IMG/VR virus record: IMGVR_UViG_3300032304_001987
Span: 6,424 to 70,423 of that record
Length of the DNA: 64,000 nt
Origin: a virus
Strand: one strand, 5' to 3'
The notes under the pieces are model-generated. The model was not told the origin of the DNA, did not search any database, and was given only the letters and a program-made list of their open reading frames with translations. Position numbers and translations under genes: made by a program. Shown piece by piece: positions 8,640-18,608 of this stretch; within the stretch, counting starts at the first letter, position 1; each line of letters opens with the position of its first letter.

Positions 8640-9669
8640 CAACCTTCGCACCGAGATCTTAGATGTCACTGATGTGGTCTTGCGATCTGGGCATCTCATG
8701 GACGGCAACTACACCGCCGAGTTTGAAGCTTGGTTGGCCAAAAAGAACGGTGTCAAATATGCAGCCACTTGCCATTCGGGCACACATGCTCTGGAAATCA
8801 TTGCCGAATACTATGCATCACAGAAGTTCTGGCCCAACCCTCCCCGAGTGCTAGTTCCGGCCATGACCTATCCAGCCACCATCAATGCTTTCATGCGTGT
8901 GGGTTGGGACGTGGTCATAATTGACACCGACTACCACGGACTGATGGATTTAAGAAAAATAGACAATCAAATGAGTGTGCAGGCCATGGTAGCAGTGGGC
9001 CTGTATGGTCATGCGCTGAACAAGCACGAATGGCTCAACAATCACGGTGTAGTCATTGAAGATGCCGCACAACATTGGCTTAGTTATGGTTGTAGAAGAA
9101 TTGCTAATGCTGCTGCTATAAGTTTTGATCCCATGAAGAATTTAAACAACTACGGCAACGGTGGTGCCATTGTCACCGACGATGTAAATCTGTTGGAGTA
9201 TGCCCGTAGCACACGCAACAACGGCAAACCCACACACATGGACACAGGATCAAACAGCCGTATGAGTGAGGTAGATTGTGCGCAGATGCTGGTCAAGGCC
9301 AATCATATTGATGCTTGGCAGGCCCGTAGAGCCAAGATCAGTGCTTACTGGATGCAACGTCTCAAGGGCACAAGTGCAAGAAGCTTAATTGATGAAAACA
9401 ACCATCAACATCATGCCTATCACAAGTTTGTGATTGAAGTTTCAAATCGTGATATCTTGCAACGTAATCTGGCCTTGCATGGCATTGAAACACGTATACA
9501 TTATCGTGAACCGCTACACGAGATACCAGCTTATCAACACTTGCCCGGACCGGATGTGCTGAGTGCGGCCTCGGCCATGGCCCGCAGAGTATTGACCTTG
9601 CCCTTATACCCCGAACTTACCGATCTTGAAGTTGAATATATTATTGATCAGGTACTAGACCACGTTTGA
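8590..9669 (+). CDS. DegT/DnrJ/EryC1/StrS family PLP-dependent sugar aminotransferase
   Basis: SGTHAL, IEDAAQ, SFDPMKNL..YGNGGA, NSRMSE, LTLPLYP; ATG 8590 is the likely start. Confidence 0.92.
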   Translation: MTGSLTIPFTGLKKQYNNLRTEILDVTDVVLRSGHLMDGNYTAEFEAWLAKKNGVKYAATCHSGTHALEIIAEYYASQKFWPNPPRVLVPAMTYPATINAFMRVGWDVVIIDTDYHGLMDLRKIDNQMSVQAMVAVGLYGHALNKHEWLNNHGVVIEDAAQHWLSYGCRRIANAAAISFDPMKNLNNYGNGGAIVTDDVNLLEYARSTRNNGKPTHMDTGSNSRMSEVDCAQMLVKANHIDAWQARRAKISAYWMQRLKGTSARSLIDENNHQHHAYHKFVIEVSNRDILQRNLALHGIETRIHYREPLHEIPAYQHLPGPDVLSAASAMARRVLTLPLYPELTDLEVEYIIDQVLDHV

Positions 9670-11470
9670 TCATAGCATACGTGGCCAACCAGGCCCAGTC
9701 ATAACTTTTGCGTAGTTCGGCAACATCACCGCCGACACTTTCCCAGTATTCCACAGCGTCCTTCGCACCCAGATGACTCCAACGCACACGATCATCATGA
9801 TCGTTTCGGCAAAGGTAACCACGTGCTTCTTTGAGCCATTGTTTTAATCTATATTCATTTTCTACATTGGGCAGGCTGTCTTTTAGTTTGATGCACTCAC
9901 GGAAGGCAGTGCGCCAGGCCATCCAGGCTGAATCTGTGTAATAGGCAGTGCCACTCAAGATAGGTACAACCTCGTGTGCTGAATCCAATGTAAAGTCCAA
10001 TCCTGTACCAGTGTTGTCCAACACCAATTTCTTGTTGTAAGCAATCATGGCCTGATGCCCATACTCTAATCCATTTACAGGATTTCTAGCATGAAAAATA
10101 TAGTGTTTGGGTTCCTGCATGCGATCTGGTTGCCAAGACCAATCAAAGTCTTTGTTGACATGCAACTTGGCGAACACAGCAAAAAACCATGGTGTGGTGC
10201 TGAGTCGAGCCGCGGCATGATAGGCGGCCACACGTCCTGTGACTCCGCTGCTACGATGCAGGCGATGGCGGCTGTTGGTAAACAAGTGCAGGTGACCCCA
10301 ATTTTCATTGGCATTGGGCTCGCCGTTGTCAATAAAAACAATATCCAAGGGGGATTCGTTGTGCATGTGGCGTTGGGTTCGATCTATGTGTGCATAGTCA
10401 TATAGTTGTGTGCGTATGTAAGGCACAGCTACCTTGGGCACTATAACTTGACTGGCGCCTGCGCTGAGTGGCACAATGGTCTTGGTTTTTTCACTCCACA
10501 AGGGCACCGTGACAGTTTGTTCTACCGGTGTTGTGGCAAACACCGCCAAAGGACCCAACCAATCTATAGTCTTTACAGCTTCGACATGAGTGTCATAATC
10601 ATGGCGTATCACGGGCAACGGTCTGCGCGGTACGCTGACTCCAACAAAATTCAAATCATACCAATCCAATAACTGCAACTTTTCACTGCGATATCGAAAC
10701 GTAGGCACATGCATGAAGAACGTATCTCCAAACTTTTCCCCATCTGACGCAAACACATGAAGCATAGTGGCCTGCCACTGTTCTGGATGCCACGAAAAAT
10801 CAAAATCCGTGTAGTCACAGATACTAGAACATATCCACACAAACTCGTGTTCCTCTGGTATGCTCCTGACTAATCTGCGCAAGGTATCTAAGTAGTTGTC
10901 AAAATAACGCACGGTGCGTGTGGTATTGGCGATCTGTCCAGCATTACCGCACATGTGATCTATTTCATACACAGCCGTGGCCACGCGATTGATTCTGACT
11001 CGTATCTGATCCACGTATTTGACTTCTGTGGCGCCCGGAACAAGATATTGTGGTCCACCGGTCTTTTGGTGTTGTGTGGCAAACTGATAGATGTAAGGAG
11101 GATCTGTGAAATCTGGGTGCCACGACCAGTCAAAACTTTCTACGTCAAATCCACAAGGTATAGTCCAACTGGGCAGATCATAAAAACGACGCAAAACTGT
11201 TTCGTTGCGATAGTTGGTGTCAGTATATCCAGACCGCGGTACCAAATATGTACCTGAATCCTTTTGCCATTGACTGGGCCAGGCATGACGTTGATGACTT
11301 TGCCAAGGCACAGGCTCCCATAAAAAATTCCACCCAGAGTAATCAGTTAAATAGTTTACCCACCAAAAATATCTGGTCCTACTGAGTTGTTGTGCGTGTT
11401 CAAGGCTGTCAGCCTGCTGTTCATGAGCAAACAAGTTAGGCCGAGTTCCTGAATAAAATACGTCAAACAT
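9641..11470 (-). CDS. glycosyltransferase-like (GT-A-type) protein with repeated N-terminal modules; paralogue of 26586-27515
   Basis: C-terminal domain DIVFIDNGEP..GVTGRVAAYHAAA..ARNPVNGLEYG..AWRTAFRECIKL aligns by eye with 26586-27515. Confidence 0.6.
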   Translation of the reverse strand: MFDVFYSGTRPNLFAHEQQADSLEHAQQLSRTRYFWWVNYLTDYSGWNFLWEPVPWQSHQRHAWPSQWQKDSGTYLVPRSGYTDTNYRNETVLRRFYDLPSWTIPCGFDVESFDWSWHPDFTDPPYIYQFATQHQKTGGPQYLVPGATEVKYVDQIRVRINRVATAVYEIDHMCGNAGQIANTTRTVRYFDNYLDTLRRLVRSIPEEHEFVWICSSICDYTDFDFSWHPEQWQATMLHVFASDGEKFGDTFFMHVPTFRYRSEKLQLLDWYDLNFVGVSVPRRPLPVIRHDYDTHVEAVKTIDWLGPLAVFATTPVEQTVTVPLWSEKTKTIVPLSAGASQVIVPKVAVPYIRTQLYDYAHIDRTQRHMHNESPLDIVFIDNGEPNANENWGHLHLFTNSRHRLHRSSGVTGRVAAYHAAARLSTTPWFFAVFAKLHVNKDFDWSWQPDRMQEPKHYIFHARNPVNGLEYGHQAMIAYNKKLVLDNTGTGLDFTLDSAHEVVPILSGTAYYTDSAWMAWRTAFRECIKLKDSLPNVENEYRLKQWLKEARGYLCRNDHDDRVRWSHLGAKDAVEYWESVGGDVAELRKSYDWAWLATYAMIKRGLVPDQ

Positions 11471-12560
11471 GATTAGAATAGATGAAATTTACAACAACAC
11501 ATTTTGGCCTTGGCTGGAAAAAAATCGGCCGGGAACCAGAATGTTTTTTTGTGACCCGCCGGGACATACCGGCCCTGAACATCTATTTAATCTAGGCAGT
11601 GACAATATCATAGAAACTGATTATGTGTTTTTTCATGATCAAGAGCCTGTGGATGTAGATTTGTACGATTCATTGTTTCGAGATGTTATAAGACGCAACA
11701 ATGATATCAGACACAAACCTCCCGGACATGTCATAGTCAGTGAACGCGGAGAAAATGTTGAACAACTGACACAAAAATATGGTTGGCACAGTCATTATTA
11801 TTTTTATCATGGCTGGGCATGTCAGGATTGGTTTCGCGGCTATGATCGAACATTTTTAATCCCTCGTGCTCGAGATAGAGCGCCTACTCAAACTTTCATG
11901 AGTCCCAACAGAATTGTAGCAGGCAAAAGAGATCATCGTGTGTTGTTTCTTTATAACATATTTAAACAAAAATTAGACCACAATCATATCACTGCACCCA
12001 GAGTGTGTCAATATGAAAATATGGATATATCTAGTATAGCACAAAAATACACCAATGTATACCAGGACATTGCCACAGTATTTGACCAAACACAGTTGCC
12101 CAGATTATTTGCTGGAGAAGAAACGCAACAAATGACTTCGTGCTGGCTAGGCAACTTTGCCGAAGCACAGGACAGCTTGGTATATGTGCCTACCGAAACA
12201 GTATATTTTGGTCGTAGGACACACATCACAGAGAAAACATTCAAAGCCATTGCATTAGAAATGCCATTTGTGCTGGTAGCACCTGCGGGCAGTTTAGAAT
12301 ACCTGTGTGAATATGGATTCCAAACCTTTGGTGACATATTTGACGAAAGCTACGACGAAGAGACCGATGACATACGGCGTGTGGAACGAGTGGTCAAACT
12401 GCTTGGAGATCTGGATCAACTCACAGTCAAAGAACGGCAACAGATACATCGGGCTTGTTTGCCTCGAGTTGAGTACAACTACAATCATTTCTATCGTGGC
12501 GGTCTATCCGATATACTGTGGAAAGAACTAGTGGGCATGTTGAATGGCCTACAAGTTTAA
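11469..12560 (+). CDS. putative glycosyltransferase (TEK-motif, GT10-like) paralogue 1
   Basis: TETVYF..HITEKTFKAIALEMPFV...GFQTF...DESYD. Confidence 0.55.
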   Translation: MIRIDEIYNNTFWPWLEKNRPGTRMFFCDPPGHTGPEHLFNLGSDNIIETDYVFFHDQEPVDVDLYDSLFRDVIRRNNDIRHKPPGHVIVSERGENVEQLTQKYGWHSHYYFYHGWACQDWFRGYDRTFLIPRARDRAPTQTFMSPNRIVAGKRDHRVLFLYNIFKQKLDHNHITAPRVCQYENMDISSIAQKYTNVYQDIATVFDQTQLPRLFAGEETQQMTSCWLGNFAEAQDSLVYVPTETVYFGRRTHITEKTFKAIALEMPFVLVAPAGSLEYLCEYGFQTFGDIFDESYDEETDDIRRVERVVKLLGDLDQLTVKERQQIHRACLPRVEYNYNHFYRGGLSDILWKELVGMLNGLQV

Positions 12561-13734
12561 TTTTGCCGCTGATGCTGTGTTGCGAAACAAGGCCTATCCA
12601 GCCTTGGCCAAGTGGTCTGCACAACCTTACACCGCAGAATGGCGTCAGTTTCGATATCACTGGCCTTACACTGTTCCCTGTGAACTACACGAACACTGTG
12701 CTACTCATGAATTTCCATATCATACACAATCTCTAAACGACTGCACTGGTGCAGAAAATTTCTACACCATTGGGCTGGGATTTTTTGATTTCAATATTGA
12801 TTACATCGACCTGATACCCACCAAAGTTTTTGAACGTGGGCTTCGTGTGCTGTTTTACTACCACGAAGGCGATAATCCTTATCATATCAAACAAAGATTA
12901 GATAGCTTGTGTGACATGCATAAAATAAATCGCAACTGCTACCGATTTGTTTCAGGCAACACAGCAGCCGACCGTATAGAAAATTTTGCTTGGTTTCCAG
13001 ATCATGAATTGTTATACTGGCATCGCAACCAACAAGTGCCAGCTACCAGCATAGGCCCTGAGACTAGACCATATCGTTTTACCATATTGAATCGCACACA
13101 TAAATGGTGGCGTGCCACGGTCATGTCAGATTTGCAACGTTCTGGCATACTAGATGTCAGTCAGTGGAGCTACAACACTGACCTAACCTTAGGCGATGAT
13201 CCTGTAAACAATCCCATAGAGATAGATACACTTGATCTAAGAGACCACGTTACAGAATTCATGCGTCTAGGGCCATACACCTGCGACAATCTTTCTGCTG
13301 ATCAACACAACGATCATCATTTACATGTACCCGAACACTATACACAAAGTTATTGTCACATTGTGATAGAAACACACTTTGATGCAGATCAAAGTGGAGG
13401 GGCTTTCCTCACAGAAAAAACATTCAAACCCATCAAACACGGTCAACCTTTTGTGATTGTGAGTGCTCCTGGAACCTTACGGGCCTTGAGAGATCTAGGA
13501 TATCGTACCTTTGACCATGTGATAGACAACAGTTATGATTCAGAACCCAACAACACTAAACGTTGGCAACAAATATTATCTACCATACAACAAATACGCA
13601 ATCAAAATCCAGATTCTTGGTTCGAGTTGTGCCTGGATGACATACGTCACAACCAACAACATTTTTTGGCATCAAAAAAGTACAGATTAAATACCCTATA
13701 TGATAAACTCCTACACCAGCTGGCAACCACTTGA
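12544..13734 (+). CDS. putative glycosyltransferase (TEK-motif, GT10-like) paralogue 2
   Basis: IETHF..FLTEKTFKPIKHGQPFV...GYRTFDHVIDNSYD. Confidence 0.55.
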   Translation: MAYKFNFAADAVLRNKAYPALAKWSAQPYTAEWRQFRYHWPYTVPCELHEHCATHEFPYHTQSLNDCTGAENFYTIGLGFFDFNIDYIDLIPTKVFERGLRVLFYYHEGDNPYHIKQRLDSLCDMHKINRNCYRFVSGNTAADRIENFAWFPDHELLYWHRNQQVPATSIGPETRPYRFTILNRTHKWWRATVMSDLQRSGILDVSQWSYNTDLTLGDDPVNNPIEIDTLDLRDHVTEFMRLGPYTCDNLSADQHNDHHLHVPEHYTQSYCHIVIETHFDADQSGGAFLTEKTFKPIKHGQPFVIVSAPGTLRALRDLGYRTFDHVIDNSYDSEPNNTKRWQQILSTIQQIRNQNPDSWFELCLDDIRHNQQHFLASKKYRLNTLYDKLLHQLATT

Positions 13735-14719
13735 AGAAGTCATTGTAGGTCGTGCCTACACACCTGACTACTTTGATTTTATTGACAATGCTCAAGTTCG
13801 CAATCAATTACAGCAGATCTTGGCCGAAACCCAAGAGGATCTAGACAATCTTCAACAAACCATAGAACAATATGGTGCTCAGGTACGCAGACCAAACTTG
13901 CCCAGCAAGGATTCATTTGTATGGCACCAGACCGAAGGTGGCGGTGCTCCGTTGCCTCCACTGACACCTAGAGATTGGCAGATCAGCTTGGGTCAGAAAC
14001 TGTTGCGTGTGCTGGCCATGCCTGAGTTAGATGACATCTGTGCCGACTATGCTGATCAGGTCGTGAATCCTCACAAAGGTCAATGGGACTCTGATTGCAT
14101 ACTCAACGGTGCCAGTGCCAGTTGCATAGTGCGTGTAGGGCGCGATGTGTTTTTTGACAATAGTGATTTCTTGCGTCCAGATCAAACAGCCTGGATTGTG
14201 GAAAACTGCCTGGGTCCAGAATATAGAATACACGAAGCTGTCACCGACGGGCACGGCGATGCGGTGTTTGCTATTCTTAAACCTGGTGTAATTCTAAGTA
14301 GCAAACACGACATGCACCTGCACCTAGCTGAAGACTTTCCAGGTTGGGAAGTTCTAAAAATTTGGGATTCAAGTATCTGGGCTGCTATGGAAGTGGGCAA
14401 GTTCAAGTATGAAGAGTCGCCCGGTGCATGGTACGTACAAGGTCAAACACCCACACCTGAGTTTACTGCCTTTGTGGATACTTACTTAAACAAGTGGACT
14501 GGATTTGTAGCGGAAACAGTGTTTGATGTCAACTGTTTGGTGTTAGACGAAGAGAATGTGATATTCAGTGCCTATAATCGAGAAGTGTTTGATTTCTGCA
14601 AGAAGCACAGAATCAATCCCATAATCTCAGAATTGCGTCATAGTTATTTCTGGGATGGTGGTATAAGTTGTTGCACCCAGGACCTACGACGCCGCGGTGG
14701 GCTTGAGACTTATCTCTAA
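13700..14719 (+). CDS. amidinotransferase (glycine / inosamine-phosphate amidinotransferase family)
   Basis: NSYTSWQPLEEVIVG N-terminus, TPRD, GHGD, FDVNCL, C-terminal GGISCCTQDLRR with catalytic Cys. Confidence 0.85.
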   Translation: MINSYTSWQPLEEVIVGRAYTPDYFDFIDNAQVRNQLQQILAETQEDLDNLQQTIEQYGAQVRRPNLPSKDSFVWHQTEGGGAPLPPLTPRDWQISLGQKLLRVLAMPELDDICADYADQVVNPHKGQWDSDCILNGASASCIVRVGRDVFFDNSDFLRPDQTAWIVENCLGPEYRIHEAVTDGHGDAVFAILKPGVILSSKHDMHLHLAEDFPGWEVLKIWDSSIWAAMEVGKFKYEESPGAWYVQGQTPTPEFTAFVDTYLNKWTGFVAETVFDVNCLVLDEENVIFSAYNREVFDFCKKHRINPIISELRHSYFWDGGISCCTQDLRRRGGLETYL

Positions 14720-16182
14720 CTGAACACACGTACATTATAGGCGGTTTGAAATCTATCAGCGTCAGCACGATCATTGACCATAGGCTCGCCCCTGATGTTG
14801 AGACTAGTATTAAGCAGTAGAGGACATCCAGTACGGTCATACCAAGCCTCTAAGAGTCGCCTAATGCCTGAGCCGTCAGCCTCAACAGTCTGTACTCGGC
14901 TAGTACCGTCCACGTGACACACAGCAGGATATAAGTCAGGACGCTTACAAGTTCCGACTGACTGCATATAAGGGCTAGAGCTCCAGCCCCGGGGCATACT
15001 AAAAACTGCATCCACATATTCTGCAAGGATAACTGGTGCAAACGGTCTAAACTTTTGCCTACGTTTGATTTCATTAACACGATCCTTTATATGTATTCCT
15101 CTGGGGTCTGCCAAGAGGCTTCGATTTCCAAGAGCTCGGGGTCCAAACTCGGCTCGTCCACTAGCAACTCCAGCGATTTGATGTGTGTGTAGATGATCAA
15201 CGAGGGCATCAACAGGATATTCTCCTGCGATTGCATGGCCAAGGAACGCATTTGTCCAATGGAGGCAGCCTCCATGGGCCAGTGCGGCAGCACCAAGGCT
15301 ATTGCCAGCATCGCCAGGACAAGGCATGATCCAAATGTTTTCAAAATATTCACCGAGTTTTCTATTTGCAAGACAGTTTAGTGCAACGCCGCCCTGGTAG
15401 ACTAGATTTGAGCTCCAGTTGAACTGTTGAGCACGACGCATAACACTATATATCAATTCTTCTGTTAATGTTTGAGCACTTGCCGCAATATCTTCATTGG
15501 GCGCAGGCCACAACCAATCAGGATCAAGTCCTATGTGTAGATTGTTTTCCAACTGAGCACGGCATTCCGCCACGTATCGAGGTTGGCCATATGCGGCCAT
15601 GCCCATGGTTATGTATTCTTCGTCTAACGGGTGTAGGCCAATGCGCTGAGTAATTGCACTATAAAAGAGCCCAATTGATCTGGGATAACTCTGGCTCCAA
15701 AGTTTCGTATAGCGTGCTTTATTTTTGCTATCATATTCTGCTCCCCATATTGTGATGGTATCAAACTCACCAATGGCATCTATGACCACACAAGTGGCAC
15801 GATCATAAGCACTGGTTTGAAAACCTGCGGCTGCATGACACAGGTGATGATTGTAATTGACTGTGCGACGTAGCGGATGCTGGAGCCATGTTCCCAGTTG
15901 ATTTCGTAATACTTGTTTGAGTGTTAGATTTTTCCAATCTATGCCTTGGCCCGAAACAAAATTGCGTGCCTGTTTTAGCCAAGGACGCTCGTAGTAAGCG
16001 ATGGTATCTATTTCGTAATTGCAAAATTCCTGCAACAGTGGCTGGCACAGATTGGCATCATTTTTGTGTTTACTGTAGCGTTCACTGTGTCCGGCAAAAA
16101 CAATTTCGCCGTCACTCCTGACCAGAGTGGCAGCTGCATCATGGAATCCGGCACTGATGCCCAGTGTGTACTGATGTTTCAT
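14716..16182 (-). CDS. carbamoyltransferase (NodU/CmcH/TobZ family)
   Basis: GISAGFHDAAA, HHLCHAA, DAIGE, GGVALNC, PGDAG, EFGPRALGNRS, FRPFAP, HVDGTSRVQTV, LLNTSLN. Confidence 0.95.
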   Translation of the reverse strand: MKHQYTLGISAGFHDAAATLVRSDGEIVFAGHSERYSKHKNDANLCQPLLQEFCNYEIDTIAYYERPWLKQARNFVSGQGIDWKNLTLKQVLRNQLGTWLQHPLRRTVNYNHHLCHAAAGFQTSAYDRATCVVIDAIGEFDTITIWGAEYDSKNKARYTKLWSQSYPRSIGLFYSAITQRIGLHPLDEEYITMGMAAYGQPRYVAECRAQLENNLHIGLDPDWLWPAPNEDIAASAQTLTEELIYSVMRRAQQFNWSSNLVYQGGVALNCLANRKLGEYFENIWIMPCPGDAGNSLGAAALAHGGCLHWTNAFLGHAIAGEYPVDALVDHLHTHQIAGVASGRAEFGPRALGNRSLLADPRGIHIKDRVNEIKRRQKFRPFAPVILAEYVDAVFSMPRGWSSSPYMQSVGTCKRPDLYPAVCHVDGTSRVQTVEADGSGIRRLLEAWYDRTGCPLLLNTSLNIRGEPMVNDRADADRFQTAYNVRVFS

Positions 16183-16280
16183 TTATAGATGAAAGGGTCG
16201 CGCTTTCTCAGTTCCTTGAGTTTTTTTCTGTAGCGTATTTCCAACCGTATGCGATTGATCAAGTTTTTTATCCAGCTCAT
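16179..16280 (-). CDS. 33-aa basic peptide MSWIKNLINRIRLEIRYRKKLKELRKRDPFIYK (not in ORF track)
   Basis: Fills the gap exactly, with ATGA overlaps at both ends. Confidence 0.8.
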   Translation of the reverse strand: MSWIKNLINRIRLEIRYRKKLKELRKRDPFIYK

Positions 16281-17332
16281 TTTAAATTCCTTATTTGTTG
16301 TTGCATGTAGTCAGCATCACTCCAGCAGTAGTCATATGTGGCTCGAGCGGTGCTGGTCAAAACGGACATGACGTTTAGGTGAGTATTTAACTGTGCCCAA
16401 ATTGCCCGATAATCTTCTGTGCCAAAACTGCGCAACAAATCAACTTGTCCTATCTGTGGGTGCCCAATGGTCAGGGTTTTATCTTCAGGATCAATGCCAT
16501 TGGTCAACAACCATTCACGGAATTCGGCCAACTGTCGAATCTGCCAAGGAAACGTGCCCGGATTGTTGGCCCACTCTATGTCAAAATCCCCAGCAGCTTC
16601 AGTCTGTGCTTTGAGACTGGTAGTGGTCAATTCGTCTATTCTTGAATCACGTCCTTCATCTTGAAATACCTCCCAATGATGTTTACCAACTGCTTTGTTC
16701 ACACCCACATATACTCCACCCAGGCTACGATTTATGGTTTCTACGCCAAACAGTTCATAGTCTTCTGCATCCAACACAAATCTTGGCGCACCTAACCAAC
16801 ACATGAGTTGACTGGGGCGTTGCCAGGCTGGTGCTGTGTGTTTTTTACGCCACGACAACTGCCATGATTCAAACTCATGACACAGGAGATTTAACTGACG
16901 TATGTGCCAGCGTGTCTCGTTGTCGGCCCGCCAGTAGTGGTTGCTGATGTGTCCGCTGCCGCCTTGTAAGTCTTCAAAGTATCGGTGCAGTTGGTTGAAA
17001 TGGGCATGATCAACACCGCCACAATCATTTACACTGTTGGCTGTGTCAAACCAATCATTGATTTTATATCCTATGTCGCTGTCATTTATGGCTTGTATGC
17101 TGTGATTTATCTGTTGTAAAATGTATTCGCCATTTCTTGGGCTGTCAGCAAATCCAAAAAAACAATAATTTTTTTCCAAATGATATTGCTGTTCCAATAA
17201 AGAGTTCAACGCTTTTAACCATTTGCGACTGAGACTGTTGTCATAGACATTGGCATATACCCGTAATAAGTCTCCGGGCGTGCCTAGATCTATTTCTACA
17301 ACATCAAGTAGCAATTGCTTGGTACCAGTCAT
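16277..17332 (-). CDS. hypothetical protein of the radical SAM cluster
   Basis: Likely ATG 17332; His-containing motifs FNQLHRYFE, LNLLCHEFES, VGKHHWE. Confidence 0.75.
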   Translation of the reverse strand: MTGTKQLLLDVVEIDLGTPGDLLRVYANVYDNSLSRKWLKALNSLLEQQYHLEKNYCFFGFADSPRNGEYILQQINHSIQAINDSDIGYKINDWFDTANSVNDCGGVDHAHFNQLHRYFEDLQGGSGHISNHYWRADNETRWHIRQLNLLCHEFESWQLSWRKKHTAPAWQRPSQLMCWLGAPRFVLDAEDYELFGVETINRSLGGVYVGVNKAVGKHHWEVFQDEGRDSRIDELTTTSLKAQTEAAGDFDIEWANNPGTFPWQIRQLAEFREWLLTNGIDPEDKTLTIGHPQIGQVDLLRSFGTEDYRAIWAQLNTHLNVMSVLTSTARATYDYCWSDADYMQQQIRNLK

Positions 17333-18608
17333 ATATGTCCTGATTGGGTTTGAGTATGTCTGACATGGTGTAATTATCACCACGTATTTGTTCTAATTTT
17401 AATATGCGACGCTTGCCTTTTGCAACACCGTCTTGCCAGGAATCAGGCCACTGCTCAGCAAAGGTTGGTCGCTGTTTTAGTTGTTGCAACACATCTTGCA
17501 AGGCACCAGCGGGCAATTGTGCTATTAGACTGTCTATTGTGGTGTCTAGTAACTGTCTAGGAAGAGCCAACGGACTCATAATAATATCTGGCGTAAAACT
17601 AAAAACCACCTTGGCCAAGATGTCCACATTCAACTCATCGGCTAGACGTTGTATGTCAATGACTTCAAACAATCCAGGCAAGGTAAGTGTAAAGTCAATG
17701 CGCATTTGTCTGCGATTCTTGGCATATTCTAAACCTTGACGAAAATTGTCTAGCCAGGAGGCATAGGATAGCCCGGTTCGAATGTACTCTCCAATATCTC
17801 CAGTGCCATCCAGGCTCGCACATATCTGCCAGTCTCGAACATGTGACAATATATCGCCGTACAGATTGGTTCCGCGGTAGTCAACACGGCTAAGGTTAGT
17901 ATTGTATCTTGCATAAACACGTGGTCCATCTCCTAATTCAATTATTCTGCGCATGTACTTCCAGTGCTGTTCGTACATGAGTGGTTCTCCGCCCACCCAG
18001 TACACTTCTTCAACTCTGTGTTCTTCTACTGCTTGTGCAAATTCTGCTTCAATTTGTGTGTCTTGAAATTTGCTGATTTGTTGATGTATGTTTGTTTGCA
18101 TCCAATTGTTTTTTGGATTGGACCAATCAATCATGTCATGTTGTCGTTGTTCGGCTTCCCAACTGGAGCTCAGCATATCTCCACACATTCTGCATTTAAA
18201 GTTACACAGATTGCTGAATCTATAATCCCAGCTGACTGGCTGGACTGTGGTACGGCCAGTTTCATCGGTGGCGGCCATGCATTCATCGTACTTGTGTGCA
18301 AACAAACTGTTGAAATAGCTGCGATATACATCTGTATTTAATAATTTTTCATTGCACACTGCACACTCAGGCAAGATCTCTCCAGCACGCATTCTACGGC
18401 GCACACTTCGCATGTGTTCACTGTTCCAATGCTCTTCCAAGTTCATTGGACTGTAGACACCGGTGCCCGATTCTGTGTCAATGTACTGAGTAAAATTTTG
18501 TGCAGGCTCTCTGCTGGCACAGCACATGCGTCGCTCAGTTTGTGGACTCAAGTAGGTGTGAGTCCACGGTGCCATGCACAAGGTATTGGGTTTAATTGGG
18601 CCCGACAT
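17304..18608 (-). CDS. radical SAM protein with N-terminal SPASM/twitch-like domain
   Basis: CNFKCRMC, GGEP, YNTN; N-terminal CMAPW..CC..CAVC. Confidence 0.9.
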   Translation of the reverse strand: MSGPIKPNTLCMAPWTHTYLSPQTERRMCCASREPAQNFTQYIDTESGTGVYSPMNLEEHWNSEHMRSVRRRMRAGEILPECAVCNEKLLNTDVYRSYFNSLFAHKYDECMAATDETGRTTVQPVSWDYRFSNLCNFKCRMCGDMLSSSWEAEQRQHDMIDWSNPKNNWMQTNIHQQISKFQDTQIEAEFAQAVEEHRVEEVYWVGGEPLMYEQHWKYMRRIIELGDGPRVYARYNTNLSRVDYRGTNLYGDILSHVRDWQICASLDGTGDIGEYIRTGLSYASWLDNFRQGLEYAKNRRQMRIDFTLTLPGLFEVIDIQRLADELNVDILAKVVFSFTPDIIMSPLALPRQLLDTTIDSLIAQLPAGALQDVLQQLKQRPTFAEQWPDSWQDGVAKGKRRILKLEQIRGDNYTMSDILKPNQDIYDWYQAIAT

